The position numbers were made by a program, and so were the translations under genes. DNA of 45,109 bases from contig MHUT01000009.1 of NCBI GenBank assembly GCA_001823535.1, forward strand, positions 1 to 45,109, read 5' to 3'. The notes beneath the pieces are model-generated. The model worked only from the letters and a program-made list of their open reading frames with translations. It had not been told where the DNA came from and searched no databases. Below, piece after piece: positions 38,502 to 45,109 of the stretch (its first letter is position 1; the number at the start of each line of letters is the position of its first letter). This DNA comes from Candidatus Yonathbacteria bacterium RIFCSPHIGHO2_02_FULL_44_14 (GTDB lineage: Bacteria > Patescibacteriota > Minisyncoccia > Phycocordibacterales > UBA1550).

Positions 38502-39635
38502 TTATTTGTATATGCGTTTCATAAGAGGATTGAGGCGCGTCAAAATCTCATACGCGGAAGTACCTGAGCGCTCGGCAAGTTCACTCGCCAGTATTTCCTC
38601 TTTTCCCGAGAAGCCAATGAGCACCACTTCATCACCTACCTTCACGCGTGGGATTTGTGTGACATCAACGACAATCATGTCCATCGACACTCGACCCAAA
38701 ACTTTTGCGCGAGCACCACGCACAAGGACATCAGCATTGCTTGAGAGTAACCGCGGATACCCATGCCAGTATCCCACAGGGCAAACTGCGATGCGCATGA
38801 CATGTGCCGTCTTGTGCGTAAGGTCATAGCCAATTCCAGATCCTGCGGGAATTTCTTTAATTTCAGAAATAATTGTCTTCCAAGAAAGTGCTGGGCTAAG
38901 CGAAAAGCTTCCATTGAACACACGTTTTATCTCATCAGCAGTCCAAAAACCATAGAGCCCTGCACCAATACGCACCATATCAAAATGCGCATCCCTAAAA
39001 CCAAACACGCCACCCGTCGCGCACGCATGCGCAATCAGAGAAAACCCTGTACTCCGCAGTGCGGTTCTCCACACCACAAACTCAGCAATCTGCGATTCCG
39101 TAAACACTCGATTATTCACGTCCTTTGCTGACGCAAAATGTGTATAGAGCCCTGCGACTTGCACTTTGTTCTCTTTGAGAATCTTTAAAACCTGTGGTAC
39201 TTCTCGCAAAAGAAAACCTTGGCGATGCATCCCTGTGTCTATTTTGAGGTGAATAGGAATTTGCCTTGTGTTTGGTGTTTTTAAAAATGTTTGTAACCCG
39301 TCTATACTTGAAATAGTAAGATGAATTTTTTTGCGAAGCGCTTTTACAAACATTTCAGGAAGCGTGTACCCGAGAACGAGGATGGGCTTTTTCACACCGC
39401 TCTTTCGCAAAGCAAACGCTTCGACGAGCGAGTCAACTGCGAGCATATCAATACCGATTTTTTCGAGTTCAAGAGCAAACTCTGTCAAGTTATGGCCATA
39501 CGCATTAGACTTCACAATCCCCATTATTTGAACATTTTTGGGAACGAGTTTTCGAAAAGCGCGATAGTTCGCATGGATTGCTTTAGTGTCAATTTCAATC
39601 CAGGTGCGTAGCCCCATGTGTTCACTTTTCTTCAT
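38502..39635 (-). CDS. alr: Alanine racemase
   Basis: IVKSNAYGH (PLP Lys), HLKIDTGMHRQG, GYWHGYPR, GRVSMD. Confidence 0.97.
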   Translation of the reverse strand: MKKSEHMGLRTWIEIDTKAIHANYRAFRKLVPKNVQIMGIVKSNAYGHNLTEFALELEKIGIDMLAVDSLVEAFALRKSGVKKPILVLGYTLPEMFVKALRKKIHLTISSIDGLQTFLKTPNTRQIPIHLKIDTGMHRQGFLLREVPQVLKILKENKVQVAGLYTHFASAKDVNNRVFTESQIAEFVVWRTALRSTGFSLIAHACATGGVFGFRDAHFDMVRIGAGLYGFWTADEIKRVFNGSFSLSPALSWKTIISEIKEIPAGSGIGYDLTHKTAHVMRIAVCPVGYWHGYPRLLSSNADVLVRGARAKVLGRVSMDMIVVDVTQIPRVKVGDEVVLIGFSGKEEILASELAERSGTSAYEILTRLNPLMKRIYK

Positions 39636-39654
39636 GTAATGAATAGTATCATAA

Positions 39655-39694
39655 AAGTAAAAACCTCAAGTCATGTGATTTGAGGTTTTTACTT
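39655..39694 (-). terminator. Terminator after rpmG
   Basis: aagtaaaaacctcaa..ttgaggtttttactt. Confidence 0.75.
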
Positions 39695-39704
39695 AGATTT
39701 TTAA

Positions 39705-39863
39705 TTACTTCTTCGCCTCCTTGTGAACTGTGTGCTTACGGCAGGAGTTACAGAATTTATCGAGCTCAATTTTGCGCTCAACAAGCTTCTTGTTCTTGCG
39801 AGTCCAGTAATTTACTCGTTTACAGCTTTTGCAAGCGAGTTTTATAAGTTGGTCTTGTGACAT
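39705..39863 (-). CDS. rpmG: 50S ribosomal protein L33, zinc-binding type (absent from the ORF track)
   Basis: MSQDQLIKLACKSCKRVNYWTRKNKKLVERKIELDKFCNSCRKHTVHKEAKK. Confidence 0.95.
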   Translation of the reverse strand: MSQDQLIKLACKSCKRVNYWTRKNKKLVERKIELDKFCNSCRKHTVHKEAKK

Positions 39864-39905
39864 AGTTTTTTCATCCTACTACAAGCTGTGAAAAAAGGCA
39901 AGAAA

Positions 39906-40219
39906 TTGTGCGCCGGCGAATTAGCAAATTCGAGTCTTGGACTACAGGATTCGAATCCTTACAAAAGCCAACTGCTTGGCTTTTTCCCGACGCTACAAAA
40001 ATCGAAGCCCCATACTCTTTCGAGTATGGGGCTTGATTTCTTGTGCGCCGGGAAAGTCGGCCCCGAGTTACTAAATCGCTTCGCTCCTAAGTACTCGCAG
40101 CCCCGGCTCACTGTCGCCTTGTGACATGTTCCGCCTTTCGAATCCTTACGCAAGCAAAGCAGTTTGCTTGCTCCCGGCGCACAATTAAAAAACTCCTCAT
40201 TTGAGGAGTTTTTTAATTG
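39906..40219. repeat. tRNA-Tyr 3'-end mirror array
   Basis: Direct copies 39906-39916 and 40041-40054; interrupted inverted copies 39950-39998 and 40137-40184; two long hairpins. Confidence 0.9.
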
Positions 40220-40302
40220 TGCGCCGGGAAGGATTCGAACCTTCGAAGCCCGGAGGCGAGAGATTTACAGTCTCTTGTGATTGACCACTCCACCACCGAC
40301 GC
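40220..40302 (-). tRNA. tRNA-Tyr(GTA)
   Basis: GCGTCGG/CCGGCGC acceptor, A73, AGAGA-CTGTAAA-TCTCT, long variable arm. CCA is not encoded. Confidence 0.96.
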
Positions 40303-40306
40303 ATAT

Positions 40307-40362
40307 GTGAGCGAGCGTTTCGTTCCCCAGTCAGCAGACAGGGGAACGAAACGCTCGCTCAC
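40307..40362. repeat. Perfect 22-bp inverted repeat
   Basis: gtgagcgagcgtttcgttcccc / ggggaacgaaacgctcgctcac. Confidence 0.85.
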
Positions 40363-40395
40363 TCTAACATGTTTTTTATCTTGGTTCAAACAACC

Positions 40396-43083
40396 TTAGG
40401 TTACTGCTTTTGCGTTCACTCGTGACTTTGTCGTTACCTGCTTTTTCTCGACACGAATTGCAATTTCTCCTTTTTCAACAGAAACAAGGACACGACCCCC
40501 TTTAAGTACTCCCGAAGAAATCATAAGTGATGCTACTGGTGTCAAAATCTTTGTCTGAATCAAACGCTTGAGCGGGCGCGCTCCGTAGCGCGAATCATAT
40601 CCCTTCTCTGCGAGATACGTTAGCACCTCGGGCATAACATTGAGAGCAATCTCCTTTTCTGCGAGACGCTTTTTCACTATATCAACCTGAAGACCAACAA
40701 TGCTCTTAATAACCTCTGGTGACAAAATATCAAAGATAATTATTTCATCCAGACGGTTCAAGAACTCTGGACGGAAAAAATCCTTAAGCGACTCCATCAC
40801 GCGCTCTTTTGCATCAGAGTAATCTGCCTTGTCGCTTGCATGAGCGCCAAAGCCAATAGCCTGCATTTTGTCGATATGCTCTGAACCAATATTCGAGGTT
40901 AAAATGATAACCGTGTTTTTGAAGTTCACCACTCGACCCTTTGAATCGGTAAGGTGTCCGTTGTCCAGAACCTGTAGAAGAATGTTGAACACCTCTGGAT
41001 GTGCCTTTTCAATCTCATCAAAAAGAAGCACGGAGTACGGGCGATGACGCACAGTCTCGGTGAGATTACCACTCTCTTCGTGTCCAACATATCCAGGCGG
41101 CGAGCCGATAAGTTTTGAAACCGAATGTTTCTCCATATACTCGGACATATCCACACGCACGAGCGCTTTATCATCGTTGAACATAAATTGCGCAAGTGCT
41201 TTCGAAAGCTCTGTCTTCCCCACGCCTGTTGGACCAAGGAAGAGGAACGAACCGATAGGGCGGTTTGGGTCAGCGATGCCAGCGCGAGAACGCTTGATGG
41301 CATCCGCAACTTTTTGAATAGCATCCTTCTGTCCCACCACGCGCTTTTCAAGCTCTTCTTCCACGTGTGCAAGCTTCCCTGCTTCTTCCTCAAGCATCTT
41401 GGTAACGGGGATCCCAGTCCAGCGCGCTACAACCTCCGCAATGTCTTGCTCCACCACTTCCTCTTTCAAAATACGGCGGGATGACTGAAGTTTTTTCAAA
41501 CGTGCAACTTTTCCCGTAAGGTCTTTTTCAAAGCCCGGAATACGCCCGTAGCGAATCTCCGCGGCAAGAGCGAGGTCTGCCTTCATTTCCGCAGTCTCCG
41601 CCTCTAGGCGCGCGGTTTCAAGGCTTTTCTTAATAGCGCGAATATCTTGAACAAGCTCCTTTTCATTTTTCCATTTAATCTCAATTTCCTTGGTCTTTTC
41701 GCGAAGATCACCAATTTCTTTATCAATTTTTTTAGTGCGCGCTTTTGCATTCTTGCCCGCATCCCCTTCTATTGCTGATTCCTTCTTTAACGCCTCTTTT
41801 TCAATTTCAAGACGCATAATGCGACGATGAGCATCCTCAAGTACTGGTGGTTTGTTTTCGAGTGCGATACGAAGAGAAGATGCCGCTTCGTCTATTAGGT
41901 CAACTGCTTTGTCTGGGAGAAAACGGTCTGTAATGTAGCGACTTGAAAGATTCACTGCTGCCATTATTGCGTCATCAGTAATATGCACACCATGGAAAAG
42001 TTCGTACTTCTCCTTGAGTCCGCGTAGGATTGCAATTGCGTCTTCAAGAGATGGCTCGTTTACATGCACTGGTTGGAAACGCCTCGTAAGTGCTGGATCT
42101 TTTTCTATGTGCTTCTGATATTCACGGAGCGTTGTTGCGCCGATAGCGCGAAGTTCCCCGCGCGCAAGCGCGGGCTTCAACATGTTTGATGCATCCATTG
42201 ATCCTTCTGCAGCGCCAGCGCCGACAATAGTGTGAATCTCGTCAATAAAGAGAATAATCTTCCCTTCCGAGCGCTCAATCTCTTTCATAATTTTCTTCAA
42301 GCGGTCCTCAAATTCACCGCGATACTTTGTGCCTGCGATGAGCTGTCCAAGATCAAGAGAAACGAGTTCTTTGCCCTTGAGCGACTCTGGGACATCTCCT
42401 TTTGCCATACGAATAGCGAGCCCCTCAACGACTGCGGTCTTGCCTACTCCGGCTTCTCCGATGAGAATTGGATTATTTTTTGTCCGACGAGATAGGATTT
42501 GGATAATGCGACCCACTTCATTGTCGCGACCGATAACGGGGTCGAGTTTGTCTTGTGCGGCAAGCGAAGTTAGGTTGCGCGTGTATTTATAAACTGACTT
42601 CAGCTTCTTTGACGGCGTACTGTCGGTGATATTTTGCGTACGAAATTCCTCAAGTATGCGCATCACGCTCTCACGATCAATATTTTGGCGCGCCAAAAAT
42701 TCGCGCGCTTGACCTTCCACATCAAAGAGCGACAGGAATAGGTGCTCGCAGGAAATTTGTTCGTCCTTCATCCCCTCCGCAATACGTGGGGCAATCTCTC
42801 CAAGTATTTGTCCGAGCTCTGGAGTAAGGTAGAGCTGATATGCGGAGGCAACATTTTGAGCAGTTGTAGGCTCAATAAGATCAAGAATAGACTCGGCAAA
42901 TGTCACCGAATCCACATCGAGGCGATCAAGGATGGAAATAACGATGCTTTCATCATCAAGAACAAGCGCGGTAAGCAAATGCATGGGGCTCACATGATTC
43001 TGTCCACGTTCTACCGCAAGTTCATGCGCGCGGCGAATAATGTCGCGGGCTTTTGTAGTGAAGTTGTTAAATGGAGGCATCAT
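40396..43083 (-). CDS. clpB: ClpB/ClpC-type AAA+ chaperone
   Basis: Clp N-domain, [29 protein letters not shown], long coiled-coil M-domain, RPEFLNR, GARPL. Confidence 0.9.
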   Translation of the reverse strand: MMPPFNNFTTKARDIIRRAHELAVERGQNHVSPMHLLTALVLDDESIVISILDRLDVDSVTFAESILDLIEPTTAQNVASAYQLYLTPELGQILGEIAPRIAEGMKDEQISCEHLFLSLFDVEGQAREFLARQNIDRESVMRILEEFRTQNITDSTPSKKLKSVYKYTRNLTSLAAQDKLDPVIGRDNEVGRIIQILSRRTKNNPILIGEAGVGKTAVVEGLAIRMAKGDVPESLKGKELVSLDLGQLIAGTKYRGEFEDRLKKIMKEIERSEGKIILFIDEIHTIVGAGAAEGSMDASNMLKPALARGELRAIGATTLREYQKHIEKDPALTRRFQPVHVNEPSLEDAIAILRGLKEKYELFHGVHITDDAIMAAVNLSSRYITDRFLPDKAVDLIDEAASSLRIALENKPPVLEDAHRRIMRLEIEKEALKKESAIEGDAGKNAKARTKKIDKEIGDLREKTKEIEIKWKNEKELVQDIRAIKKSLETARLEAETAEMKADLALAAEIRYGRIPGFEKDLTGKVARLKKLQSSRRILKEEVVEQDIAEVVARWTGIPVTKMLEEEAGKLAHVEEELEKRVVGQKDAIQKVADAIKRSRAGIADPNRPIGSFLFLGPTGVGKTELSKALAQFMFNDDKALVRVDMSEYMEKHSVSKLIGSPPGYVGHEESGNLTETVRHRPYSVLLFDEIEKAHPEVFNILLQVLDNGHLTDSKGRVVNFKNTVIILTSNIGSEHIDKMQAIGFGAHASDKADYSDAKERVMESLKDFFRPEFLNRLDEIIIFDILSPEVIKSIVGLQVDIVKKRLAEKEIALNVMPEVLTYLAEKGYDSRYGARPLKRLIQTKILTPVASLMISSGVLKGGRVLVSVEKGEIAIRVEKKQVTTKSRVNAKAVT

Positions 43084-43109
43084 ATATATTTGAAATAATT
43101 ACAAAACGT

Positions 43110-43138
43110 ATAATACGACAGCTACGCTATATTGTCAA
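43110..43138 (-). promoter_or_regulatory. Sigma70 promoter of clpB
   Basis: TTGACA-17-TATTAT on the minus strand. Confidence 0.7.
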
Positions 43139-43165
43139 ACTGTGACATAAAAACACCTCTATATT

Positions 43166-44002
43166 CTATATTTTCTTTGTCGGCGCGGGTTTGCTTGCTT
43201 CATCAATTAGTATTTTTGCTTCAGTTGCGGGAACTCCTAATTGAGATCCGGTGGTATCGTCAAGAGACACAAAGCCCACCACATTGCCGTCGAGGGTTAT
43301 AATTGGTGCACCGTTCGAGCTTCCTCCAAGACGCTGCGAAAGCATGATATTATCCAGAATTACTGTTTCTGTTTTCGTATCTTTGTTGGTTACTGTATGT
43401 GTTTCAAGGCTAGTAATAAGCCCAGAAGCGACAGTTTTTGCATCGCGACCGCCGAGAGTAAGTGCGGTCTGCCCAGTCTTCAATGTGCCAGGGTTTCCAA
43501 ATGTCACTGGAATAAAGACTATCGGAGCTGTCGAGGTTGCAACAGGAACAAGACGACCGAGAACAAGCGGGCTCTCTTTTGCGCTCGTAACAACATCTAC
43601 GGTATAACCCAACCCATCAATTGTTGCCGAAAGAAGTCCGTTATCAAAATTCTTTTTATCAGTAATAATAAAACCGTCATTTGAAACAATGGTTGCCACT
43701 CCCACAGAGACCTTGTTTCCTTCTTGTGTGATGAATTTCAAGGCAACAGTGCTCTTTGTGTTTTTTTCAATCGCCGCTACAACTAAATCTTCATCTTTTA
43801 TAATTATTTGCTTGCCTGGCTTTTCAACAAAGGTCGGGGTGATTTTCTCAATTGTGCGTTCAACAACGTTTGTGATTGTCTGATTGACAGGATCCGGAGC
43901 CTGATCCATAAGCGTAACCACAACGATACCTGTCGCCATTGACGCAACAAAGCTGACAAAAAGTGTAAGGAGAACAATTTGTGCTTTTGTGAGATGTTCC
44001 AT
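43166..44002 (-). CDS. Membrane-anchored trypsin-like (S1C/HtrA-like) domain protein, probably inactive
   Basis: MEHLTKAQIVLLTLFVSFV anchor, IVSNDGFIIT, LKTGQTALTLG, GSSNGAPIITLDGNVVG. Confidence 0.7.
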   Translation of the reverse strand: MEHLTKAQIVLLTLFVSFVASMATGIVVVTLMDQAPDPVNQTITNVVERTIEKITPTFVEKPGKQIIIKDEDLVVAAIEKNTKSTVALKFITQEGNKVSVGVATIVSNDGFIITDKKNFDNGLLSATIDGLGYTVDVVTSAKESPLVLGRLVPVATSTAPIVFIPVTFGNPGTLKTGQTALTLGGRDAKTVASGLITSLETHTVTNKDTKTETVILDNIMLSQRLGGSSNGAPIITLDGNVVGFVSLDDTTGSQLGVPATEAKILIDEASKPAPTKKI

Positions 44003-44025
44003 ATGCCTACATCATACAGCAGTCA

Positions 44026-44598
44026 TTACTTACCAGCAAATCGGTCATTCACCACACTCCAATCAATAGCTTTCCAAAATGCAGAAATATAGTCTGCGCG
44101 CTTGATACCGTAATCTAGAGTAAACGCATGTTCAAACACATCCATCACTAAAATAATCGTTGTACCAGCAAGATGACCCCCATCGTGCTCATTTGCCCAG
44201 ACATTAAAGAGGCGCCCACTTTCTGTGTCGCGTGCGAGAATCGCCCAACCAACACCGCGTATTGCACTGGTCGCTCGAAAATCTTTTTCCCAGTTCTCGA
44301 AAGAGCCAAAATCCTCCTCAATCTTTTTAATAAGTGCTGTTTTTTTATCTACCATACTTCCTCCTTTTGTCATGTTCCCAAAATAAAGCTCGTGGAGGCG
44401 CATGCCGTTCCACTCCCAACCAAAGCGACGCTTAATCTCGTTGTACGCAGGAGTCCCCGTCTCAGTTGATTTCAAAAGCTCGCTTAGTTTATTAGCATTT
44501 GAAACATACCCCTCATAAAGCACAAAGTGGTTGCGTTGAAGTACATCCGAAAATCCTTCGGCCCCCAATAGTCGTTCAAAATTTTTTGCTTCGTACAT
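44026..44598 (-). CDS. Fe/Mn superoxide dismutase
   Basis: Metal ligands in NHFVLYEGY, MRLHELYF and VMDVFEHAF. Confidence 0.92.
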   Translation of the reverse strand: MYEAKNFERLLGAEGFSDVLQRNHFVLYEGYVSNANKLSELLKSTETGTPAYNEIKRRFGWEWNGMRLHELYFGNMTKGGSMVDKKTALIKKIEEDFGSFENWEKDFRATSAIRGVGWAILARDTESGRLFNVWANEHDGGHLAGTTIILVMDVFEHAFTLDYGIKRADYISAFWKAIDWSVVNDRFAGK

Positions 44599-44613
44599 TT
44601 TATTATAAAATAA

Positions 44614-45109
44614 TTAATTACTATTTGTTTGCATTGCACGGAGGAGTGGCACGAGGTGGATAACCTCATTTGCCACACGCATAATGTCTTCAGTCTTTGT
44701 TTCCCGACCGAGCGAAAACCGTACAACCTCTTCTCCCTTTCCGCCTGTGGCCATTATAACATGCGACGGACTACTGTCGGAACTCTTGCAAGCACTTTTG
44801 CCAGACACCGCAATGCCTGCCGCATCAAGATAGAGCACGAGCGCCTCGCTCTCAACACCCTTAATAGAGAGACTGAGTATATTTGGCAAACTATGCGCAA
44901 GATTACCATTCACGGCGCACCCTTCTACTTTCTTCAAAATTTTCTCCGCAAGCAGATCACGGAGTTTTTGCACGCGCTTTGATTCCTTTACACTCATCTT
45001 GCGCGCCTCGGTTAATGCGGTAGCAAAACCAACCGCAAGCGCCGGCGACTCTGTACCCGGTCGACGCCCGCCCTCATGCTCACCGCCATACATTTGTGCA
45101 AGTAAATTA
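44614..45109 (-). CDS. iscS: Cysteine desulfurase (IscS/NifS), C-terminal part, truncated by the window edge
   Basis: GGEHEGGRRPGTE, AVSGKSACKS, SPSHVIMA, VRFSLG. The frame stays open to 45109. Confidence 0.88.
   Translation of the reverse strand, partial: NLLAQMYGGEHEGGRRPGTESPALAVGFATALTEARKMSVKESKRVQKLRDLLAEKILKKVEGCAVNGNLAHSLPNILSLSIKGVESEALVLYLDAAGIAVSGKSACKSSDSSPSHVIMATGGKGEEVVRFSLGRETKTEDIMRVANEVIHLVPLLRAMQTNSN

Overview
This is a housekeeping region from a Candidate Phyla Radiation (Parcubacteria-like) bacterium, inferred from gene content and protein signatures. It uses genetic code 11 (trmD ends in TGA). It contains trmD, khpA, alaS (no C-Ala domain), mnmA, mltG, leuS (with an in-frame NUDIX domain), a pseudo-receiver/MacB-type ABC operon, a RelE-type toxin-antitoxin pair, ychF, a family-4 UDG, a full F-type ATP synthase operon, ddl, alr, ahpC, miaA, rpmG, a ClpB/C chaperone, an Fe/Mn SOD, a partial cysteine desulfurase and four tRNAs (Ala, Leu, Trp, Tyr). 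No CRISPR array, integrase, transposase or reverse transcriptase was recognised. The most striking signals are non-coding. (1) Behind the Trp and Tyr tRNA genes (degenerately behind Ala) lie mirror arrays of direct and inverted copies of that tRNA's own 3' end around a shared, covarying structured core. On the opposite strand this could fold into a tRNA-acceptor-capped RNA. (2) Two diverged paralogous orphan genes each follow a 100% identical 88-nt structured leader, with their own promoter and terminator. (3) A dispersed family of covarying multi-stem elements abuts stop codons. (4) About a dozen core genes look leaderless (TAnnnT 6-7 nt before ATG), whereas the orphan cassettes carry strong Shine-Dalgarno (SD) sites. 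All alignments and folds were done by eye.
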